Shown here one piece after another: positions 16,547-24,503 of a stretch of DNA of 32,247 bases. The notes below the pieces were generated by a model. That model saw only the letters and a program-made list of their open reading frames with translations. It searched no databases and was not told the DNA's origin. This DNA comes from Clostridiales bacterium (GTDB taxonomy: Bacteria; Bacillota; Clostridia; Oscillospirales; Oscillospiraceae): NCBI GenBank assembly GCA_012728025.1, contig JAAYFX010000202.1, forward strand, positions 1 through 32,247, in the 5' to 3' direction. How positions within the stretch are numbered: the first letter of the stretch is position 1; every line of letters starts with the position of its first letter. A program made the position numbers and the translations under genes.

Positions 16547-18058
16547 CTATTCTTCTTCTGCGGACGCTGCTTTGTAGCGCTGCAAAGCAGATTCAGCTGG
16601 ATTGCTTAGGGGTTTTCCGAGTAAAAGGTGCGCCATAATATCCATAAGAGCCCCTGCATAGTGCTCCATAAGATTATCTTCTTTGGAACATTTATCTAAT
16701 AAGATGCTTGCCTGATGTGTAAGCCAAGTTTTAATCGGGTCTTCAGTAGGGTTGATACTGTTATTATTCTGCACTCTTTGCAGCTTAAGCCTGTAAAGAA
16801 AACGCTCGCTGCGACTGCTTTGAGTCTTAAAAAAGTCGGAAAAAACCTTGTCGATTAATTCCCTATTACGCTGATATGCTTCGGGATTTTCGAGAATCAT
16901 ATTCCGATATTTTGCAAAATCCTCATATAAAAGCGGAGTGCCGCCATTGGGGAAGGAAACACCGAATTTCTGCGATAAAAGCTCATCTTGCTCGGCGAAT
17001 TCTCTCTCTAATTCTAAGGAGTTTTCTGCCGCCACAAGCCGCTCAACCTCATTAGCGAAGAGATTTTTCACACCGCTGCCATAAGACCTAAGCTTGCTTG
17101 AATAATTTGCTGTGGCATCGTCTCGCATATTAAGGCCAAGCTCTATCGGCACCTTGCTGTCATAACCGTAAACCTTTCCGACGTTAAAATTAATACCCAA
17201 TGCGTTCATATGCATAGAGAAGGCATGGGTAAATGCGACTCCCAATCTGGATTGCTCTTCAAGAACCTCCTGCTCAAGCTGGGGCAGTTGTTCAAAATAT
17301 TCGGGGTTTTCTTTTTGCAGGTTTTCAAAATATGTAAACTTATCTGCCATTGCCTTATATTCGGCAGCCCGCCTTATAAGGTTTTCCGGCGTAAACATAT
17401 CCGGCTTCATGCTAAAAGTCCAACTTATCATTTCCGTTTTTATACGGTCAAGGTGGGGGCGGCGCAAAAGGGGGTCGCCACTTGCGTACTCTCGCATAAA
17501 GCTGCCGTTTTCCTTTTGAATATACTCGTCTATGGCACTTGCGGGCTTACCCTTTCTATCAAGGTTATAGTCTTGGCAGAAAGCCCTCAGGATACGGGGG
17601 TCAGAGCCGCTTTTTTCCACAAGCCCTCTGACTTCGTCGTCGATTACAGCTGTGCGGCAATCAATAGACGCCCTTATCTGGGCGGCAATTTCCATAGTGT
17701 TTTCATCCCCTACGGGGCAGACCTTTCTGGCGGCCTTAAGTTTTTTCTGCCGCTCACGCCTTGCTTTATAACTCTCGCTTGCCACAGGCTGCGCTGTGAG
17801 GGGCCCCGAGACATTGGCCGAGGAGGTAACCCGAATTCTCCTAGCCTGTCTTCCCATTTGGCCTATGGCGGCTTGGCCATAAGCAGTCTGATATTCCATA
17901 ATGTTTTCAGCAAAGCTCTCTTTTTGCCGTTGCAGCTGCTCACCTTGGGCACCTCCCCAGCTTTGGAGGGGTTGAAGGTGTTCTAATTGCGCCGGAGCCT
18001 GCTCCTGACGTTCCCGCACATCTTTGATTTCTCTTTGTTTCAGGATTTCTTCGTCCAT
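16547..18058 (-). CDS. Hypothetical protein (503 aa) with a charged, low-complexity N-terminal region; no recognisable domain
   Basis: Long ORF with an AAGGGGG RBS. The first ~110 aa are rich in Q/E/R/K/A (EILKQREIKDVRERQEQAPAQLEHLQPLQ...ARRERQKKLKAARK). I saw no catalytic motif such as HExxH. Confidence 0.6.
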   Translation of the reverse strand: MDEEILKQREIKDVRERQEQAPAQLEHLQPLQSWGGAQGEQLQRQKESFAENIMEYQTAYGQAAIGQMGRQARRIRVTSSANVSGPLTAQPVASESYKARRERQKKLKAARKVCPVGDENTMEIAAQIRASIDCRTAVIDDEVRGLVEKSGSDPRILRAFCQDYNLDRKGKPASAIDEYIQKENGSFMREYASGDPLLRRPHLDRIKTEMISWTFSMKPDMFTPENLIRRAAEYKAMADKFTYFENLQKENPEYFEQLPQLEQEVLEEQSRLGVAFTHAFSMHMNALGINFNVGKVYGYDSKVPIELGLNMRDDATANYSSKLRSYGSGVKNLFANEVERLVAAENSLELEREFAEQDELLSQKFGVSFPNGGTPLLYEDFAKYRNMILENPEAYQRNRELIDKVFSDFFKTQSSRSERFLYRLKLQRVQNNNSINPTEDPIKTWLTHQASILLDKCSKEDNLMEHYAGALMDIMAHLLLGKPLSNPAESALQRYKAASAEEE

Positions 18059-18257
18059 ATCATAGCCCCCTTATATTATTGTTCATATTTCAAAGCAGAG
18101 TATAAAAAGGTGGTTTCCATGCAATTTATAAACCAGATGCCTTATTACTATTTATATATTAGCACAAAACTTCGGTATATAAAGCCGGCAATCCTAAAGG
18201 TTTTCTAAAACAAGTCTGTTTTCAGCTATATGGAGGCCTATAAAGCCTTCGCCGACA

Positions 18258-18286
18258 TTGACAAGGCAGGGCCTGCGGATTAAACT
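18258..18286 (+). promoter_or_regulatory. Candidate sigma-A promoter (TTGACA-17 nt-TAAACT) for the MATE operon
   Basis: TTGACA at 18258-18263, a 17-nt spacer, then TAAACT at 18281-18286. This lies about 85 nt upstream of the RBS-supported GTG at 18370. Confidence 0.3.
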
Positions 18287-18536
18287 GTTAATATGGAAGA
18301 AAGATGAAGAGTTTGTCCTTGAGCTTTGGAGCAAGGCCATGAACTTTGATATAAATGGGGGGAAGCTAGGTGGAAAAGCAGGAGGAAAAATCCCTGCGGG
18401 ACAATGATGTTTTCATACGCAAACCTTCAGAAAGTTTCTTTTCCCCTCTATACTGTCTCTTTTAGGCGGCACCATATCAAGCTTTTCCGGCGGGGTTATA
18501 GCAGGTAATGTATTAGGTGCCGGCGGACTTGCAGCC

Positions 18537-20135
18537 ATGGGCATTGTAAGCCCTGTCTTTTTCGTCTACACAAGCCTTGGCTCTCTTATAGGTGTTGGGG
18601 GCGCTGCCCTTTCCTCCCGCCGTTTGGGACGGGATGACCATGAAGGGGTCAGCAGGCTTTTTTCCCTTTCTCTTGCACTTATGCTGGTGGTTGGGCTTTT
18701 GGTTACAGTTGGGGCTCTTGTGTTTCTTGAAAAGCTTCTTGACATTCTTGGGGCTCAGGGGGAGATAAGAAGCGCAGCCAGAGATTATTGCCTTTACTTT
18801 ATCCCCGGGGCCATAACAACCATGCTTTTATACATACCCCTTAACTTCTTCCGTATAACGGGAAAGCCGAACATAGGCGTTTGGATGTTTGGCATAATGG
18901 CTCTGGGTAACATATGCTTCAGCCTTGTGTTTTTGCTGGTGTTTGACATGGGCATGGGGGGCATAGGTCTTTCGGCGGTATTGTCAAATTTGGCGGCCCT
19001 ACTATATAGCCTCCATGGGTTTTTCAAAAAGGACTCATACCTTCGTCTTGTAAGCTTTAAAAGTGAAATAAAAACCACAGGGGAGCTTCTTGCCACAGGC
19101 AGCCCCATGGCTCTTACAAACCTTTTCACGGTTTTGAGAACACTTTTATATAACAGGCTGCTGCTTAGTATTTTAGGACTGGGAGGGCTTGCGGTATTTA
19201 CCGTTTTGGCAAATGTGAACACCTTTGCCCTTTCCATCCTTTTGGGAGTTTCCCAAACTATTATTCCTCTAACGGGGGTTTTCTTCGGGGAAAAAGACTA
19301 TGTAAGCATCCGCCATGTTATGGGGGCTTCCCTGCGTTGGGGGCTTTTTCTGGCAACGGCCTTTGGTCTTGCTCTGGCTGTCTTTTGGAAAAGCATATGT
19401 CACATTTTCGGTCTTTACGACGAGAGCCTTTTCCAGTCGGCCATGTTTGCAATTTTCATGTTTGCCTTGAGTATGCCCTTTGCCATGGTTACAAATCTTT
19501 ATCAGTTTCACTTTATGACCATAGGTGTGCTATGGTTTTCAAACCTTATATCCGCCTGCCGCTGCCTTATCCTGCCTCTTGCCGCATCACTTTTTTTATC
19601 AAAGGTTTCCCCCCTTGCAGTTTGGGCGGGCATACCTGCGGGCGAGGCTTTGACGGTGTTGCTGACTCTTGCTGTTTCATATATTTACGGCAAAAAACGG
19701 GGACTTTCAAGGCTTCTTCTTTTAAATGAGGAAGACGAGAAAAATTCCCGCTCCATAGCCTTTTCTGTTAAAAACGATACGGATTCCATAATAAATGCCT
19801 CGGAAAAGATTTCGGAGTTTTCGGCGGTCAATAAAATCGATGAAAAAAGAGCCATGTTTATTTCTCTGGCCTTAGAGGAACTTTTATTGTCCATATCCCA
19901 AAATGCCTTTGAAGACCATGACGAGGGCTATATGGACGTTCGTCTCCTGTCGGGAACAGACCATGTTATCCTGCGCATACGAAACGGCGGTCGGGAATTT
20001 GACCCCATAAGCTTCTACGAAAGCAATCCGGATAATATGGAAGAAAGCCTTGGAATTAAAATGGTGGCTGCCTCTGCCCGTGACATAAAATATACAAGAA
20101 CCCTCGGCGTTAACAACCTAAGCGTACTGATATAA
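18537..20135 (+). CDS. MATE-family efflux transporter fused to a C-terminal RsbW/SpoIIAB-like HATPase domain; the 5' end appears frameshifted
   Basis: About 395 aa of polytopic MATE-like sequence is followed by about 130 aa collinear with the RsbW-like protein at 23526 (LALEELLLSISQNAF, VILRIRNGGREFDP, ESLGIKMV, YTRTLGVNNLSVLI). The same frame stays open upstream to 18408 and encodes TM1-like FRKFLFPSILSLLGGTISSFSGGVIAGNVLG without a start codon. Confidence 0.7.
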   Translation: MGIVSPVFFVYTSLGSLIGVGGAALSSRRLGRDDHEGVSRLFSLSLALMLVVGLLVTVGALVFLEKLLDILGAQGEIRSAARDYCLYFIPGAITTMLLYIPLNFFRITGKPNIGVWMFGIMALGNICFSLVFLLVFDMGMGGIGLSAVLSNLAALLYSLHGFFKKDSYLRLVSFKSEIKTTGELLATGSPMALTNLFTVLRTLLYNRLLLSILGLGGLAVFTVLANVNTFALSILLGVSQTIIPLTGVFFGEKDYVSIRHVMGASLRWGLFLATAFGLALAVFWKSICHIFGLYDESLFQSAMFAIFMFALSMPFAMVTNLYQFHFMTIGVLWFSNLISACRCLILPLAASLFLSKVSPLAVWAGIPAGEALTVLLTLAVSYIYGKKRGLSRLLLLNEEDEKNSRSIAFSVKNDTDSIINASEKISEFSAVNKIDEKRAMFISLALEELLLSISQNAFEDHDEGYMDVRLLSGTDHVILRIRNGGREFDPISFYESNPDNMEESLGIKMVAASARDIKYTRTLGVNNLSVLI

Positions 20136-20215
20136 GCGCCTGCTTACAAGTTAGACAGGGGCTATGGATTTTCTGTTGCTCACAAGTTTTGACATTAAGG
20201 ATGGAAGTGCTGAAA

Positions 20216-21286
20216 ATGGTAGAACTTACGAGGGAAAAAACCGGAGAAAAATTAAGCTGCGATTTTAAAGAAGTCAACCCCGATGCAATGGAGGATATTT
20301 TAGGCTTTCAAGCCTGCATACGTGACGAATATGGGGAGAGCTATCCACGAGATTATATATATAAGCCTCATGAGCTGGCGGAAAAAATAAGGCAAGGCGA
20401 GATTTTATGCTATCTTGCCTTAAGTGACAGGAAAGACCCTGTGGCAAGCCTTGCCCTGACCCCCTTCAAAGGGCTTGAAAGGGTGCCTGAGATGACCATG
20501 CACGTAGTCAGAAAGACATATAGGGGCTTTGGTGTCGGCACTGAGTTTACAAAAGCTGTGTTAGATAGCCCCCCCATAGACGAGTACAATGCTGTTGCAA
20601 TACATTCTGTCACCTTCCATTCCATAGCCCAGCGTCAGACCATAAGCTGTGGCTTTTTACCCACAGGCTTTTTGCTTTCCGTTCACAGCAACGATATATT
20701 AAAGCATTCCTTTGACATAAACGGCTGCCGCAAACAGTCCTTTGCCGTAGCCGTTTTGCCCAAGGGAAAAAAAGATGCGGGCAGTCTGCACTTGCCGCCG
20801 GAGCATGAAAGTTTTATAAAAGGCATATACGAAAAACTTAGCGTGGTCTTTAAGCAGGCAGATGGAAAAAACTCTGAAGGTAAAACCGAATATCACTGTG
20901 AACAGGACGAAACCCATCTTACAAAAACAACAGAAGTTTTTAAATGCGGTGAAGATTTTGAAAAGCTTACGGATGCACTTTTACAAAAGCCGTATAAAAT
21001 GGGGCAAACCATAAATGTTTTTATAAACTTAAATGACCCTTGTGCGGTTTATGCTTATGAGGTTCTTAAAAATCGTGGCTTTATTTTCACAGGGCTTCAT
21101 CCCCTGTGTGCAAACGGTGAATTTATGATAATGCACCACCCGCTGGGCTTGGGCTTGCCCTTAGACAGGCTGGAAATTGATGAGGGATACAGGCGGGTTT
21201 ACGACTATATAGCTTATGGTCAGATAAAAAGCCAGAGGGAAGGTTCGGCAAATGAAGAAAAGATGCCTATGCTGCCGATTACATGA
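20216..21286 (+). CDS. GNAT-family acetyltransferase-like protein with an uncharacterised ~200-aa C-terminal extension
   Basis: Motif A-like HVVRKTYRGFGVGTEFTKAVL. The start is uncertain (TTG 20189, ATG 20201 or ATG 20216); 20216 has GGAAG 9 nt upstream. Confidence 0.55.
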   Translation: MVELTREKTGEKLSCDFKEVNPDAMEDILGFQACIRDEYGESYPRDYIYKPHELAEKIRQGEILCYLALSDRKDPVASLALTPFKGLERVPEMTMHVVRKTYRGFGVGTEFTKAVLDSPPIDEYNAVAIHSVTFHSIAQRQTISCGFLPTGFLLSVHSNDILKHSFDINGCRKQSFAVAVLPKGKKDAGSLHLPPEHESFIKGIYEKLSVVFKQADGKNSEGKTEYHCEQDETHLTKTTEVFKCGEDFEKLTDALLQKPYKMGQTINVFINLNDPCAVYAYEVLKNRGFIFTGLHPLCANGEFMIMHHPLGLGLPLDRLEIDEGYRRVYDYIAYGQIKSQREGSANEEKMPMLPIT

Positions 21287-21314
21287 GCTTTACATATTTT
21301 ATCAGGAGGTCATT

Positions 21315-23438
21315 ATGAAAACCATACGGGGAAAAATATTCTTAATACTTCTCGTTATCTCATTATTCTCTCTGGTTCTTATGGGCGTTGTCACCTTTAT
21401 AAGCGTGGACATGATAAGAACAGACGTTTTTGAGGCCAGCAGCAACCTTGGTGTCACAGCGGGAGACAGCAGCGGCAAGGCTGTTGAAACGCAGATACTC
21501 GAAAGGCTCAGCTCCACTGCCGAAACAAAGGCATCAATAGCTGACGAAAAGCTTGGAAAACAGCAGACATATACACAGGTTTTGGCAAACTATGCAGGGG
21601 AGCTTTATGCAAATCCCGAGAATTATTTTGGAAAAGATGCTTCGCCGCCGGAGCCTGCTCTTGCAGGCATAAATACGGCGCAGCTTTTGCTTGCGGAAGG
21701 GCTGTCTCTATCAGAGCTTGAGGACGAAATTGGCCTTGTGGCAAACTGCAATGAAATATTACTGCATATTACGGAAGTTGACGAGGATATAACAGCGGAC
21801 TACATAGCCACTGAAAGCGGATTTGTCATAATGGTGGACCCCGATTCGGACAAAAAGCCTGAGAATATAGACGGCAGACAAAGGGGTTGGTATATAGACG
21901 CAAAGGGTGAGGGAAGTCTTATTTGGACGGATGTTTTCAGCGACGCCATGGGGCGTGGGCTTGCTATAACCTGTGCCGCCCCTGTTTTTGACTCTTTGGG
22001 AAACTTTAAAGCCGTTGTGGGCATAGGCGCTTTGATGACAAATTTAAACGAAGAAATAATAAGCACCTCCATAGGTGAAACAGGTTATGCCTTTGTGGTT
22101 AACCAAGGGGGCAATGTTATAATCTCCCCTTATATCCAAAAAGGTGAGAATGGGGAGATTATAACTGCCGATATGACCCAGCACGAAAATCCCGAAATTG
22201 CAAAGATGATGGAAGATATGCTTGCGGGTGTTTCTTCCGTTGCTCAGGTTGAATATGAGGGAAGGCAGGTTTATATGGCCTGCCAGCCCATGTCTGTTTT
22301 GCCTTGGGGTGTTGTGACTGTTATGGATGTGGATGAGGCCCTTCGCCCCGTCAGCGAGGTTTACGATAGCATAATGGACATGACGGATGCCGCAATACTG
22401 GCTGTGGACAATTCTGTGAAAACTGCGCTTATAGCCATAGCCGCCATTGTCTGCGCTGTTTTGGTTATGGTTTTCATATTAGGTTCTTTTTTCTCAAAAA
22501 AACTCACAGGGCCCTTGGCTCACTTAAGCCGTGGAGTGGAGGAAATATCTGAAGGTAATCTGGATACGAAGCTGGATATTAAAACCGGAGATGAAATTGA
22601 AACTTTGGCTCTGGCCTTTAACTCCATGACAGGCAGCCTTCAGCGGCATATAAAAGAGCTAACGGAGGTTACGGCAGAAAAAGAGCGCATAGGAGCAGAG
22701 CTTAATGTTGCAACGCAAATTCAGGCCTCCATGCTGCCCTGTATTTTTCCGCCCTTCCCCGAGCATAAGGAGCTTGACATTTTTGCAAGTATGCGGCCTG
22801 CTAAGGAAGTGGGGGGCGACTTTTACGACTTTTTCCTTGTGGACGAAGAAAACCTCGGTGTTGTTATAGCGGACGTTTCCGGCAAGGGTGTGCCGGCGGC
22901 GCTGTTTATGGTTATAGCAAAAACCCTTATCAAAAACCACACGCAAAACGGCGAAGCGCCCTCGCAGGTTTTAACCTCGGTTAATACCCAGCTTTGCGAA
23001 AATAACGATGCCGCCATGTTCGTAACCGCTTGGATGGGGGTTTTGAACATTAAGACCGGCAAAATGGTTTATGGCAACGCAGGCCATAACCCCCCGCTTT
23101 TAAAGCGCTCTGATGGAAGCTTTACCTACCTTAAATCCGACCCAGCCTTTGTTTTGGCAGGGCTTGAAAACATATCCTATGGGGAGTTTGAGCTGAACCT
23201 TTCCGGCGGGGATATTTTGTATCTATATACAGATGGGGTGACAGAGGCCACTGATATTTCCGATGAGCTTTTCGGAGAGGAACGGCTTAAAGATGTTTTG
23301 GATGAAAACTCGGATAAAGACATGAAGGGGATTTTAAATGCTGTGGAGGAGGCTATGGAAGTATTTGTGGGCGAAGCGGAGCAGTTTGATGATATTACAA
23401 TGCTTGGAATTAAATTTAAAGGCAGGGAAAACGCATAG
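21315..23438 (+). CDS. Membrane sensor phosphatase: TM, dCache-like domain, TM, HAMP, PP2C/SpoIIE (RsbU-like)
   Basis: I prefer the ATG at 21315 (AGGAGG 5 nt upstream) over 21252. TM1 is IFLILLVISLFSLVLMGVVTFISV. A periplasmic Cache-like segment contains GWYIDAK...TCAAPVFD...GYAFVVNQGGNVI. TM2 is followed by a HAMP domain (LTGPLAHLSRGVEEISEGNLD...ETLALAFNSM). PP2C motifs are GGDFYDF, ADVSGKGVPAALFM, LYLYTDGVTEA and FDDITML. Confidence 0.85.
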   Translation: MKTIRGKIFLILLVISLFSLVLMGVVTFISVDMIRTDVFEASSNLGVTAGDSSGKAVETQILERLSSTAETKASIADEKLGKQQTYTQVLANYAGELYANPENYFGKDASPPEPALAGINTAQLLLAEGLSLSELEDEIGLVANCNEILLHITEVDEDITADYIATESGFVIMVDPDSDKKPENIDGRQRGWYIDAKGEGSLIWTDVFSDAMGRGLAITCAAPVFDSLGNFKAVVGIGALMTNLNEEIISTSIGETGYAFVVNQGGNVIISPYIQKGENGEIITADMTQHENPEIAKMMEDMLAGVSSVAQVEYEGRQVYMACQPMSVLPWGVVTVMDVDEALRPVSEVYDSIMDMTDAAILAVDNSVKTALIAIAAIVCAVLVMVFILGSFFSKKLTGPLAHLSRGVEEISEGNLDTKLDIKTGDEIETLALAFNSMTGSLQRHIKELTEVTAEKERIGAELNVATQIQASMLPCIFPPFPEHKELDIFASMRPAKEVGGDFYDFFLVDEENLGVVIADVSGKGVPAALFMVIAKTLIKNHTQNGEAPSQVLTSVNTQLCENNDAAMFVTAWMGVLNIKTGKMVYGNAGHNPPLLKRSDGSFTYLKSDPAFVLAGLENISYGEFELNLSGGDILYLYTDGVTEATDISDELFGEERLKDVLDENSDKDMKGILNAVEEAMEVFVGEAEQFDDITMLGIKFKGRENA

Positions 23439-23525
23439 AAACACCGCAGTTGTGGAAGAATCTACCTAAGGGTCGCCGCAGCTTACAGGCAGGCGGCATA
23501 TAAACCGACAAGGAGCTGAAAGCCC

Positions 23526-23948
23526 ATGAAAGAACTTATTATAAGCGCAGAAACAGAGCGTCTGGAGGAAGTTCTGGCCTTCGTTCGAGGGATACTGGAA
23601 AGCTATAATTGCCCTATGGAAGACCTTATCGCCATAGAGATTGCGGTGGAGGAGATATATGTTAACATTGCCCACTATGCCTATCATCCGGAGGTTGGCG
23701 AGGCAAGCATACGCTGCCGTGTGGAAAAAGAGCCCCTGCGGGTAATTATAGAGTTTATGGACGGGGGGATTCCCTATAATCCCCTTGAAAAGGCAGACCC
23801 CGATATAAGCCTTTCCGCAGAAGAAAGGGATGTTGGCGGCCTTGGTATATACATGGTGAAAAATAGCATGGATGATGTGGCCTACAAACGTGAAAACGGG
23901 AAAAATATTTTCACAATACAGAAAAATTTAAGAGAAACGGCAGGCTAA
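23526..23948 (+). CDS. RsbW/SpoIIAB-type anti-sigma-factor-like serine kinase (HATPase_c_2)
   Basis: 140 aa. N-box EEIYVNIAHYAY and G-boxes FMDGGIPYNP and GGLGIYMVKNSMD. AAGGAG RBS upstream. Confidence 0.8.
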   Translation: MKELIISAETERLEEVLAFVRGILESYNCPMEDLIAIEIAVEEIYVNIAHYAYHPEVGEASIRCRVEKEPLRVIIEFMDGGIPYNPLEKADPDISLSAEERDVGGLGIYMVKNSMDDVAYKRENGKNIFTIQKNLRETAG

Positions 23949-23973
23949 AAAGGCCCCCCATAAAAAATGCGTA

Positions 23974-24013
23974 AAAAGCCAAGACCCTTATACAATTATG
24001 GGTCTTGGCTTTT
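23974..24013. terminator. Bidirectional intrinsic terminator between the kinase and STAS genes
   Basis: aaaagccaagaccc (23974-23987) pairs perfectly with gggtcttggctttt (24000-24013) around a 12-nt loop. Confidence 0.75.
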
Positions 24014-24078
24014 ATATATGGATTTAAAAACAGGATAAGAAAAAAGCTGAAATATAGCTTTTTGAGCTTAAATCCCCT

Positions 24079-24378
24079 TTAGTTAATGGTCAGAATTTTT
24101 GAAAAGCCCACAGATTCCAATATGGAAAACACCGCCGGTGAAACATTTTTAAGTTCCATGGTAAGCCCCTTTGAAGCCGCTGTCTTTTGCCCGATAAGAA
24201 GGGCACGAAGTCCCGCACTGCTTATGTAAGGCACAGCGGCAAAATCAACCGTTACGGTTTTTGCCGTTTGAAAGGCTTTTAGCAGGGCATCTTGAAGCTG
24301 GGGGCTGGTGTTGGTGTCTATCCGGCCCTCTATGGCCAAAATAGTGTTTGCGCCCTCCTGCGATGTTTTGATAGTCAT
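24079..24378 (-). CDS. Single-domain STAS protein (RsbV/SpoIIAA-like anti-anti-sigma factor)
   Basis: I prefer the ATG at 24378 (AAGGAG upstream), giving 99 aa; I reject the 24474 extension. ILAIEGRIDTNTSPQLQDAL...VDFAAVPYISSAGLRALL carries the conserved phosphorylatable Ser context. Confidence 0.85.
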   Translation of the reverse strand: MTIKTSQEGANTILAIEGRIDTNTSPQLQDALLKAFQTAKTVTVDFAAVPYISSAGLRALLIGQKTAASKGLTMELKNVSPAVFSILESVGFSKILTIN

Positions 24379-24503
24379 ACTTACACGCTCCTTGAATTTA
24401 TTAGCCGTCAAGCCCGAAACCCCTGAGACAAAAGCTTGAAATCGTGGCTTTGGGCATCGGAGATTTAAAAACAATTTATAAAGAAAAGTTTGACCGCATA
24501 TTT

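Noticed and set aside
16547-18058. Search for protease or nuclease catalytic motifs (HExxH and similar) in the 503-aa orphan.
   Set aside because: None found by eye. HAFSMH and HYAGALMDIMAH do not match known metal-binding signatures. Function is left open.
24379-24503. TTGACG hexamer upstream of the STAS gene as its own promoter -35 element.
   Set aside because: It lies only about 30 nt from the start codon, overlapping the RBS region, and no -10 element sits at 16-18 nt spacing.
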